54,456 nt of DNA from an uncultured virus (IMG/VR IMGVR_UViG_3300032288_004103) (lineage: Duplodnaviria > Heunggongvirae > Uroviricota > Caudoviricetes). The notes below the pieces were generated by a model. The model was not told the DNA's origin. It searched no databases and saw only the letters and a program-made list of their open reading frames with translations. The translations under genes were made by a program, and so were the position numbers. The stretch is taken from IMG/VR virus record IMGVR_UViG_3300032288_004103; one strand, given 5' to 3'. Shown here piece by piece: positions 11,201 to 19,389 of the stretch (position 1 is its first letter; every line of letters begins with the position of its first letter).

Positions 11201-14200
11201 GATACAAGAGAAAATAGTTATATTGTATGTACACCAAAAAATAAAATTAATACTCCTGAAGATATAAAAATTGAAAGTAGTTATACGACTCCTTTCATAG
11301 ATAAAACAACTAGTAAAAGTTATGAAAAGTTACAAAATCCTGTAGTAGATGTTTATAATTACAATTCTACAGAAATTTTTTGGGATTGTTTTAACGAATC
11401 TAGAATAGTTAAAGGTGTTGTTTCTGATTCTACATCTTTAGCAGTTTTACCATATTCTATTTTGCAGGATCCTGAATTAATGAACCCTAAAAATTGGGAA
11501 GTTTTTTCTATAGATGAATATGGTAGAGTAAGTTTTACACCAAAAATCTATAACAATAATTTTATTTTAGATTGGTATAGTGATCAATCATTAAATGATT
11601 TATATAAACAAATTGCCGAATATTACGGATATCAGTTTGGTTTGTTCACATTTGATTATAGTAGTGATACTCTAATACCTTATAATGGTGATAGTAATTA
11701 TTCGACTACACCAAATTCTACTTTTAGTGCAGCAATTGACACTAATTTGATTCCTTGTGATGAAGTTAACAATGTTTCAGTTGTTTTTGCTAGTGAAAAA
11801 TGGAAAGGTTTTAAATTACCAGAATTAGATGATTGTAGTTGTACTATTGATTTTTCTTTTGATTATATGTTAAAATATGAGGCGAAAAATTTAATAGAAT
11901 GTGCTGATAACATAACTTGTTTTCCTGCGATTATATATGATAATACAATAACTAATATAAATTGTTTAAATTTTGTTGCATTTACAAATTCAGAAGAAGA
12001 ATCTAAAAATTTAGAGATTAATTTTAATGATATTTTAGAACCAACTGAAGAATATATTATATGGCAAAATACTAATATTTTAGAACCTAATACTGATTGT
12101 TGTATTGGGATAGGGGGTAATGTAGTTTCTTTTAACGAATGGGCTTCATCAAATCAATTATGGGTAAATACTATTACACAAAATTATAATACATTGTCTA
12201 ATAGCCCTACATTAGAGTTTTTAAATTCTTTAGATTTTAATTATTCTGATATGTTAACGTTCATAAAAGAATACGAATCAATAAAAAATGATTTAATAAA
12301 GGTTTTAGGGTCATGTTATAACATTAATTTTGATGTTAAACCATGTGAAATTAATTACGGTAATTATATAACCACACAGAATGTATGTTCTTTACAGATG
12401 CCATTAGAATGTGGATTATGGAGTAAAATTTATAGTAATTACGAAAAATTAAATTCTGAATTAAGAAAGACACTTGAAAATGTTTTAAAATGTGCTGAGG
12501 CAGTAGGAGTTGATTTTTTTGAAGAACCTTACAAAGAGGTTGTTGCAGCAAAAGAATTCAATTTTTTAACAAAACAAAAAGTAGAACAAACAGATATATA
12601 TACCGAACAAGAAACTAGTTTAAGATTAAAACTACAAGAAGTAAACAATGCGATTTCAGAAAAAGAGTCAGAAAATTTAATAATACAAAAAGCAATAACC
12701 AATGTAGACAATAGTTTAGATTGTAGTATATACGAAAATAAAATTAATGAAATTAATAATTTTGATTATAAAAATTATTGTAATAGTATAGTGTATGGTA
12801 CATTAACTAATGATGGAACTAAAACTAAAGAATATGATTCTTGTGTAAGTTCTAAAATTGCGGAAAATGAAAAACAAAAATTAATATATTCAGATTTATT
12901 AAACTTATGTATAACTAAAAATCAATTAAATGAACAATTAGTTAAAGCTAAATTTGATAATAATTTGGTTTTAGTATCTGAATTAGAAAAACAAATTCAA
13001 AGTGTAACAGAAAAAATAAATACTTTAACTACAGATGCGAACAATTTTATAAGTTTTGATGAGTCGACACAAAAATCTGATTTATCTATTAATGATACTC
13101 AAAATACTATTAATAAAACTGCTGAAATATTAAATGTTAATCCTGAAAAAATAACTGATAAATCAGGTAATTTAGTTTTAACTGATTCACAAAAACTTAA
13201 ATTAAATATAAATTTAACAAAAAATGAAAGTCAAATTAGTACTTTAGAATCAGAAAAATCTTTGTTAGATGCACAATTAAAACAAACTACTCAGAATAGA
13301 GAAACTGTACAAAAAAATACTGAACAACAACAAGATGTTCTAAGACAAGCGGCAGCTTCTGGTGGTAAAGGACCTGGAGGTGGACAACCAACAGTATATG
13401 GATGTACATTATCTATAGGTACTTATGAATATGATTATGCAAATGGTTATAAATATTTAATACAGTCTCAGAGTGGACCTACACCAGCTGGTGCTACTAT
13501 GGATCCTTCTTATTATAGTAGTCAGTGGACACCTATACAAGGAACTAACCCACAACTATACCAAAGAGGTACTTGTTACGCTTTTAGAAGTTCTATAATG
13601 GAAACTGCTGGTTCAGGTGCGTTACCACCTAAAGATAATACTACAACTGCGGTAGAAGTTTTATTACCTACTGATATTGTTACATTCAATAAATGTGACA
13701 TCCCAGCAGATTCTATAAGAATAACAACCGATGGTATTATTTTATCCAACGGTAATCCTATTTCGCAAGAATGTTGTAGTAAAGAATTTTTAAATTTTGA
13801 AGCTTCTTATATTAATAAACAATGTATAGTTGTGAAAACATTTTGTGAGATATCACAAAATTCACTTTCTATCACACCTGAAGGTATAATTCTTAGTAAT
13901 GGTAGACCAATAAGTGAAGAATGTTGTAATAGAGATGTACTTAATACGGAGGTAACTTTTATTGAAAAACAATGTAGAGTTTCTCGTACAAATGTTAGTA
14001 ATTGTTGTAATAAAGAATTAATTAGTCTTCTAAATGAATACTTAAAAAAGGTTGAGGGTATTACACTTAAAATAGATGAAATCACTAAAGAATGTTATGA
14101 TAAGTGGTATAATACATTAATAAAAAATTATTCTAATTACGAACAATCTAATACTACATTTTATTTAGATTATTTGGATGATTTAAAAATTAATTTTAAA

Positions 14201-16753
14201 TTATTTGTAGATAATAATAATATTGATGTTGTAAATGCAATAGATACTTCATTAACTTACCTACCTTATACACAATCAGTTAACCCTATTTGGGAATTTA
14301 ACCCAACTTCAGGTTATACGGGAATATTATTAGAAGGTGATGAACAATTAATAGCTCAAATAGAGGATTCTATTTTTAATCAGTTATCGTCACAAAATAT
14401 ACCATATAATAGTGATATTTTTGAACCTAATTGGAAAACGTTTAAATTTAGAATACCTGAATGTGTTTGTGATGATTTAAGAAGGTTATACCCTAATAAA
14501 GAATTTTTCTTCTCTATTGAAATAGAAAATTATGAATGTTCTGTATGTCTATTGGTTGATAATATATTAGTTAACGTATCTGATTGTAAAACACAAAGAA
14601 TACTTTCAATAAATGATTGTATGGTACCGCAATTAAGTTGTGTTATTGATAATAAAAAATCTTGGGTTTATTATGATGGTGGTGTAGTAAAAGAAACTAT
14701 ATATCCTAATGGACAATGTAATACTGGATCTACTACAAACTATGAGATAGTTAAATTAAAAACTCCTGAAGAAAGAATATGGACAGATTTAGAATATAGA
14801 TATACTAACTATGATGTTTTCCATTCTGATTTAATTTTAAATGTGAAAAATACTTCTTTTAGTATTGATCCTGCAAAATCTATAGAATGTGACGTATTTA
14901 ATTATTGGAAAAATATAGATTGTAATAACTGCCCTACTGGTTGTGGGGAAGATAATTACATATTCCAATCATCAGAAGATTATATATTTCAACAAATAAA
15001 TGAAGATTATATTTTTCAAGATCAATTATCTGTTTTACCATTTAAATTTAATGGTACTATAAATAGTTCTTTATTTAATGGTAACTACCAATTAATATTA
15101 GATGATACATTAACTACTGGTTTACCATTTAGTTGTGAGACATATACTGAATTACTTCATAATCAAATAATAGAACTTAAAAATGAATATTATTTACTGA
15201 CTGCTAATTATACAGAAGCTTTAGATGCGGGTTATTATGACTTGTTAGAAAAAGGTGGAAGTTTATCTAAGTTTTTTATAGAAAGAAATAGTTGTGAAGG
15301 GGAAATAATTGTACTTAATGATACTAATGGTGTAAATAACTTATTTGGTTTAATTGTAGAAAAACCTAATGGTACATTAGGATTTTTTGAAACTTATGTT
15401 TATACAGGAACACCTTTATATGTTGGTGGTGTAGAACAAGAGTTAATAAATGGCGTTAGTGCACAAACATTTAACCAATCTAACTCTATTACTAAAGAAT
15501 GTTGTAATAGTATTAGTAATTTATTAAATCATAAAGGTACTGATGGTTTAGGTTTAGATAAAAGCTACCATTGGAGTGATAGTGAAAGTTTATGTTATTG
15601 GAGACCAATAAATGAATGTTCAAAATGTAAAGGTGATTGTGAGTATTGTGGGAAAACTAAAAAATGTATTTCGGGACAAACTTCAATTGAAACTTACAAT
15701 GTTTGTATTAACCCATTAGACTTTTTAGATTTTGATCCGTCAACTATAAAAGTTAAAGATGTGTTTGATCAATTAGTTTTGAGTAATTTAATTGATGCTA
15801 AAAGTAGACAAACTATTAGTGATTACCCATTATTAAGATTATTTTATGAATTATATCTTAAAGCTAGTAATTGTGGGTCAGATTTATCAGGTAAATTTAC
15901 ATATGATACCATGTTTGAGTTTATGGATAAAATTGGGGATTATTGGTTAGACTTATTGGAACAAGTTGTACCTGCTACTACCATATGGGAAGGTTGTGAT
16001 AATTCAGGTAAAATATATAGAAATACTATTTTCGATCAAAATAAATTTAAATATAAAAAATATAGTTTAAATTTTATTGATATTGATGAAGATTGTCCTT
16101 TAAGTGCTAAAACTGATTTCAGTATTGGACAACAATCCATCTATTCTTTAGTAGAACAAAAACCTATATACCCAACAAGTGATGAAATTAATTCTATTAA
16201 AAATGAAATAAGAAATAGAGAAATAGAATTAGCAATTGCTAAACAAAAATTAAATATACTTAATGGTAGATTATGTTCATTGAATTTGCAGGATTTAAAT
16301 ACCCCAAACTTAGATGAAACAATAAATTCAGTTAATTCAGAAATTACAGAAACTAATAATTTAATAGAGACATTAAATACAATTTTAAATAATTTATTTT
16401 TTGAACTAAGTGAATTGGAAAAAGAATATTTAGAACAACAACAAAATTATTTAAATAATTTTATGAGTTGTACAGGAATAACCCAATCATTAATAAATGC
16501 AGAAAATAAGTTATGTAGTTACATACCAGGAACTACTGCATATGAAAGACAAAGAAATTTTATTGCGGGACTTAGAGATAAATATGATAAATGTATTGCA
16601 AAGTCAAATACGTTGGTTACAGATTATAATACAGTATTTATAACTCAAATTTACGATTCAAATGAATATGAAGGTAATGTTACAATAATAGGTGATCCTG
16701 ATTGGGAAGAAGGGGGACCTTTTTATAATAAAGAATTAATACATAATTGTTAA
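8225..16753 (+). CDS. Giant (2842 aa) putative baseplate wedge/tail protein with Cys-rich and coiled-coil inserts
   Basis: The N-terminal part carries LWKSKGSRKAVEFLFRFIG, resembling the K-x-KG[TS] motif of P2 gpI/T4 gp7-like wedge proteins. It also has long heptad-like stretches, many CC doublets and internal repeats. Confidence 0.55.
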   Translation: MANRRIKVAGYAQRIFFNDNIEYRDFSPDLVGFQLTSEGGTTLFTNGNFSISVNLDPKPDILFKQGTKSKFYTLDDIATSATTQFDIQKNIRTKLNLDLTNPLSYIWYGSAKELVRSSLIEIQEKWPAAIYVDNKVGSVTGNNITNYVYDIEADESTFTVNSNFFINPYVIKYTTDAQYVSDTDISNPLRNFTLKYDSYVIEHNGISRKIKNITPAPQKTNSNLEIVVEGNPFPELTGIFIPQLSFLFNNVDASIPYFIKPNEDEIEKFFTGLNDLQKNILNRDVYPKYRSEVISSNYTDDGVLLTSKSVLDFPVLADGYNLNFFDSFYIAYLDSINRLGEGLDESKTDIIVRKYTTEAISSFDTIPRADGDDLVLNGEKATKLLRIYGVEFDYIKKYINGIKFAHVVTYNKQNNIPDSLVKDLGYMLGLEPINFINDTTFSKLFLPSNGAGQFSGTSVNLTQSDIDIELYRRLILNVAWLWKSKGSRKAVEFLFRFIGAPESLVNFNEYIVMVDKPLDIEEIKKLLYLYTGEVNLENIPYDENGFPLPPTNGELVITDFINPETGELVENSFTEMYFQKGGGWYRETYGSNVVSVLNGNNPHIGKYDGGNEYLKYFSRCYIPNFNDVPSVTITADTLVQNYFLNYNYGIFNGIDNNSEIYTTQLTLNPQTNGYQPINDCLNINYSIIETPLQSDGSTTFQQQCCDAEQAYFEYLELIKLEPYLAYSPEWQVIKNNYEISKNNCLTEAATENCDINKTLQICLDKKEKEKIQYSCNNLNLVECSPFIYYTNDDGIKVSFDEFPTCCRDNEGAKFVSYVNEYGRTTEYCSKLAPCVGKPQGVDENGYVVFSMDNNTMPKDIVQISFNQSTIKSESSQPVSRKKVVTEEITTTVNRCFQYIYKDLTFQDFFLRLSAEEYIETYIYTGRNLATIPFEQIFVEVSCNATSIVSSPECCAWYGYGYEIIQSKTDPKKTARFNSTSFTESKGDTINVVDTRENSYIVCTPKNKINTPEDIKIESSYTTPFIDKTTSKSYEKLQNPVVDVYNYNSTEIFWDCFNESRIVKGVVSDSTSLAVLPYSILQDPELMNPKNWEVFSIDEYGRVSFTPKIYNNNFILDWYSDQSLNDLYKQIAEYYGYQFGLFTFDYSSDTLIPYNGDSNYSTTPNSTFSAAIDTNLIPCDEVNNVSVVFASEKWKGFKLPELDDCSCTIDFSFDYMLKYEAKNLIECADNITCFPAIIYDNTITNINCLNFVAFTNSEEESKNLEINFNDILEPTEEYIIWQNTNILEPNTDCCIGIGGNVVSFNEWASSNQLWVNTITQNYNTLSNSPTLEFLNSLDFNYSDMLTFIKEYESIKNDLIKVLGSCYNINFDVKPCEINYGNYITTQNVCSLQMPLECGLWSKIYSNYEKLNSELRKTLENVLKCAEAVGVDFFEEPYKEVVAAKEFNFLTKQKVEQTDIYTEQETSLRLKLQEVNNAISEKESENLIIQKAITNVDNSLDCSIYENKINEINNFDYKNYCNSIVYGTLTNDGTKTKEYDSCVSSKIAENEKQKLIYSDLLNLCITKNQLNEQLVKAKFDNNLVLVSELEKQIQSVTEKINTLTTDANNFISFDESTQKSDLSINDTQNTINKTAEILNVNPEKITDKSGNLVLTDSQKLKLNINLTKNESQISTLESEKSLLDAQLKQTTQNRETVQKNTEQQQDVLRQAAASGGKGPGGGQPTVYGCTLSIGTYEYDYANGYKYLIQSQSGPTPAGATMDPSYYSSQWTPIQGTNPQLYQRGTCYAFRSSIMETAGSGALPPKDNTTTAVEVLLPTDIVTFNKCDIPADSIRITTDGIILSNGNPISQECCSKEFLNFEASYINKQCIVVKTFCEISQNSLSITPEGIILSNGRPISEECCNRDVLNTEVTFIEKQCRVSRTNVSNCCNKELISLLNEYLKKVEGITLKIDEITKECYDKWYNTLIKNYSNYEQSNTTFYLDYLDDLKINFKLFVDNNNIDVVNAIDTSLTYLPYTQSVNPIWEFNPTSGYTGILLEGDEQLIAQIEDSIFNQLSSQNIPYNSDIFEPNWKTFKFRIPECVCDDLRRLYPNKEFFFSIEIENYECSVCLLVDNILVNVSDCKTQRILSINDCMVPQLSCVIDNKKSWVYYDGGVVKETIYPNGQCNTGSTTNYEIVKLKTPEERIWTDLEYRYTNYDVFHSDLILNVKNTSFSIDPAKSIECDVFNYWKNIDCNNCPTGCGEDNYIFQSSEDYIFQQINEDYIFQDQLSVLPFKFNGTINSSLFNGNYQLILDDTLTTGLPFSCETYTELLHNQIIELKNEYYLLTANYTEALDAGYYDLLEKGGSLSKFFIERNSCEGEIIVLNDTNGVNNLFGLIVEKPNGTLGFFETYVYTGTPLYVGGVEQELINGVSAQTFNQSNSITKECCNSISNLLNHKGTDGLGLDKSYHWSDSESLCYWRPINECSKCKGDCEYCGKTKKCISGQTSIETYNVCINPLDFLDFDPSTIKVKDVFDQLVLSNLIDAKSRQTISDYPLLRLFYELYLKASNCGSDLSGKFTYDTMFEFMDKIGDYWLDLLEQVVPATTIWEGCDNSGKIYRNTIFDQNKFKYKKYSLNFIDIDEDCPLSAKTDFSIGQQSIYSLVEQKPIYPTSDEINSIKNEIRNREIELAIAKQKLNILNGRLCSLNLQDLNTPNLDETINSVNSEITETNNLIETLNTILNNLFFELSELEKEYLEQQQNYLNNFMSCTGITQSLINAENKLCSYIPGTTAYERQRNFIAGLRDKYDKCIAKSNTLVTDYNTVFITQIYDSNEYEGNVTIIGDPDWEEGGPFYNKELIHNC
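13694..13975 (+). repeat. Two tandem 50-aa Cys-containing repeats within the 2842-aa gene
   Basis: CDIPADSIRITTDGIILSNGNPISQECC...INKQC and CEISQNSLSITPEGIILSNGRPISEECC...IEKQC, offset 150 nt. Confidence 0.85.
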
Positions 16754-16770
16754 TAATACTACATTTTATA

Positions 16771-16778
16771 ATATTTAT
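16771..16778 (+). promoter_or_regulatory. ATATTTAT putative late promoter core
   Basis: Intergenic, upstream of the ATG at 16798. Confidence 0.5.
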
Positions 16779-16797
16779 TAAAAAAAGAAAATAAATA

Positions 16798-19317
16798 ATG
16801 AGTAAATTAAGATTGACAGATAGAAGTTTAATAAGTGGGGTTACACTTAATAATTTATTACATTTTGTAATAACAGGGGACACTTCACAAAATCCCGCAG
16901 GATCCTCATATAAGGGTAGTGTAGAACAATTATTCCATTCTCTCAGTTCTTTTACTTGTGATAATGCATTATTTATTGACACTATTAATGCTTGTGATGG
17001 ATTAATTACTATAAATGGTGATGTTACTGTAAATGGTTCCGCAACAACAATTAATACCCAAATTATTCAAGCTTTAGACAATAATATAATTTTAAATTAT
17101 AGTGGAACGCATTTAACAGCAATAGGTGGTGGTATTACATTAGAAGACGGACAAAGTGATGGGGTCGATTCTACAATTATTACCGATTCTAATGGGACTT
17201 GGTTATTTAATCCTGGTTTGAGTGCATATTCAGGAACAATCCTTAATTTTTATTCAGATAGTATAGGTTCACCAATAAATTGTGTAAATGATTTATATAT
17301 ATCTAATATATATGGGTGTTCACCTATAACGGTACATGATACAATAGAAAGTGTTACAGGTATTATAAGAACATCTGGTGGTACAGGTGCAGAACTAAAT
17401 ATTAAAGATCCATTTGGGCCTAATGGTACTTGGTCAATTACTTCTGATAATGGTGGTTATACTTCAGGTTCTACTTGGGTTTATGGACAACCTAATAATG
17501 GTGCACAATTAGCATATCAGATAGACACTTATCCGGGTGAAGCAATTGGTTTAGGTATTTATGATGGATTAACCCCATTAATATATACAGGTAAAGAAGT
17601 TGTAATATCAAATAACATAAATACAAATGTTTTTTCTGGTAACATAGATAAAAGGGCGGTATTTATAGCCACAAAAAACTCACAAATTAATAGTGGTTTA
17701 GTTAATACTGTAGTTATTGGTGGTGAAAATATTATTGCGAGTAATAATAATACTGTTTATGTACCACATTTAAATATAAATGTAACTGATAGTGGAACAC
17801 CAATATCATCATTATTTCTTAATTCTAATCGTGATGTCATTACTGGTAATACAGGTTTATCATCAGCTAGTTGTGTTACAGATTTATACGTATCAAATAT
17901 TCATTCTTGTTCACCATTAAATATTAATCCTTTAGATGAAGGTAATGTTTATTTTGGATCAACTAGTGGTGTCACAATTGATGTATCTAATAGTAGAGTG
18001 GGTATTGGTGTATTAAACCCAACAGAAAGGCTTGTAATTAGTGGTAATACAACACAGATAGGAAATATTAATATTACTGGTAACACAACACATATAGGTA
18101 TAGTTACTCATAGTGGTGATACTTTTATAACTGGTAACACAACACAGTTAGGAAATATTAATTTAACGGGATCTTCAACACATATAGGTATACTTACTCA
18201 TAGTGGAGATACTTTTGTTACTGGAAATACAACACAATATGGTAATGTTTATATAAGTGGTACTTCTTTACCAAATGAATGTGCGTTAGAGGTTGATGGT
18301 AATGTTTGTATTGATGGTGATGTAAATATTACAGGTGATACAATTTTACAAGATTTAACTGCAAATACATTGTCGGTGACAACAATAAATACTCCATTAG
18401 ATTGTGTTGATGATTTATACGTATCAAATATTCATTCTTGTTCGCCATTAAATATTAATCCTTTAGATGAAGGTAATGTTTATTTTGGATCAAGTAGTGG
18501 AGTTACAATAGATGTGTCTAATAGTAGATTAGGTATTGGCACATCATCACCCTCATTTCCTTTAGACGTAAAAGATAGTAATTCTATATTTAGATTTAAT
18601 CCATCCAGTGCAGGTGGTTTAGTATTAATAAGTGGGGCGACTAATATTCCAAGAATGGGAGTTAATATACCAGCTTATTTAACAAAACCAATAGCAGGTG
18701 GTGCAATTGGTATGAGATCTTGGGACGATACTATATATACAGCTTATGGTAAAGTTGGTGATTTTTTTGTGAGGGCAGCTAACGAGACTAATGGTTTAAA
18801 TTTAATAAATACCCCAGGAAGTAGTACAGAAGATTATATTAGATTTTATGCAGGTACCCTACCAACTGGAACTGCAGATTTACATATTCAAGGATCTGGT
18901 TCAACTAGAGGGAATATAGGTATAGGTACTGAGACTCCATCTAAAAAATTAACTGTGAGTGGTGATACTTTAATCAATGGGTCACTTTATGTGGGTCTAC
19001 CACAAAAAACTGCGATTTTAACAACTGCAAAAATGTCTCCCCCAATAGGACAAACAATTGTTTACTCTTTACCTGTTAGTGATTACACAGGTGCTTGGTT
19101 TGATTATACAGTTAAAAACGGTACTAATGCAAGGGCGGGACAAATAATGTCAGTATTCGATGGTGTTAATGTAAAATATGCAGAAACAAGTACTACAGAT
19201 ATTGGAACAACATCACCGATCAGTTTTTCAGTTACTTCAGATGGTTCTAACGCTTCTCTTGTGGTTTCTGCAACAACATCTGGGTGGGAAGTTAAAACAA
19301 TTATAAGAAGTATATAA
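16798..19317 (+). CDS. Tail fibre protein
   Basis: Gly/Thr/Ser/Asn-rich, with RVGIG/RLGIG/NIGIG fibre motifs, 6-residue G-N-T-T beta-repeats and duplicated internal modules. Confidence 0.75.
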   Translation: MSKLRLTDRSLISGVTLNNLLHFVITGDTSQNPAGSSYKGSVEQLFHSLSSFTCDNALFIDTINACDGLITINGDVTVNGSATTINTQIIQALDNNIILNYSGTHLTAIGGGITLEDGQSDGVDSTIITDSNGTWLFNPGLSAYSGTILNFYSDSIGSPINCVNDLYISNIYGCSPITVHDTIESVTGIIRTSGGTGAELNIKDPFGPNGTWSITSDNGGYTSGSTWVYGQPNNGAQLAYQIDTYPGEAIGLGIYDGLTPLIYTGKEVVISNNINTNVFSGNIDKRAVFIATKNSQINSGLVNTVVIGGENIIASNNNTVYVPHLNINVTDSGTPISSLFLNSNRDVITGNTGLSSASCVTDLYVSNIHSCSPLNINPLDEGNVYFGSTSGVTIDVSNSRVGIGVLNPTERLVISGNTTQIGNINITGNTTHIGIVTHSGDTFITGNTTQLGNINLTGSSTHIGILTHSGDTFVTGNTTQYGNVYISGTSLPNECALEVDGNVCIDGDVNITGDTILQDLTANTLSVTTINTPLDCVDDLYVSNIHSCSPLNINPLDEGNVYFGSSSGVTIDVSNSRLGIGTSSPSFPLDVKDSNSIFRFNPSSAGGLVLISGATNIPRMGVNIPAYLTKPIAGGAIGMRSWDDTIYTAYGKVGDFFVRAANETNGLNLINTPGSSTEDYIRFYAGTLPTGTADLHIQGSGSTRGNIGIGTETPSKKLTVSGDTLINGSLYVGLPQKTAILTTAKMSPPIGQTIVYSLPVSDYTGAWFDYTVKNGTNARAGQIMSVFDGVNVKYAETSTTDIGTTSPISFSVTSDGSNASLVVSATTSGWEVKTIIRSI
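17881..18539 (+). repeat. Near-identical ~128-bp direct repeat (17881-18008 and 18412-18539) in the tail fibre gene
   Basis: The first 82 nt differ at one base. Both copies encode DLYVSNIHSCSPLNINPLDEGNVYFGS.SGVTIDVSNSR.GIG; offset 531 nt, in frame. Confidence 0.95.
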
Positions 19318-19389
19318 TATGCATTTACATTTTTAATTTAAAAAGAGAGATTAAATGATAATATTATAATTTATTTAGTAAGATAGTTT

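Noticed and set aside
8225..16753. Tape measure protein or intein-containing gene
   Set aside because: Coiled coil covers only part of the protein, and no intein splice or LAGLIDADG motifs were recognised.
17881..18539. Diversity-generating retroelement TR/VR pair
   Set aside because: The mismatches are not confined to adenines of one copy, both copies are coding and mid-gene, and there is no reverse transcriptase in the window.
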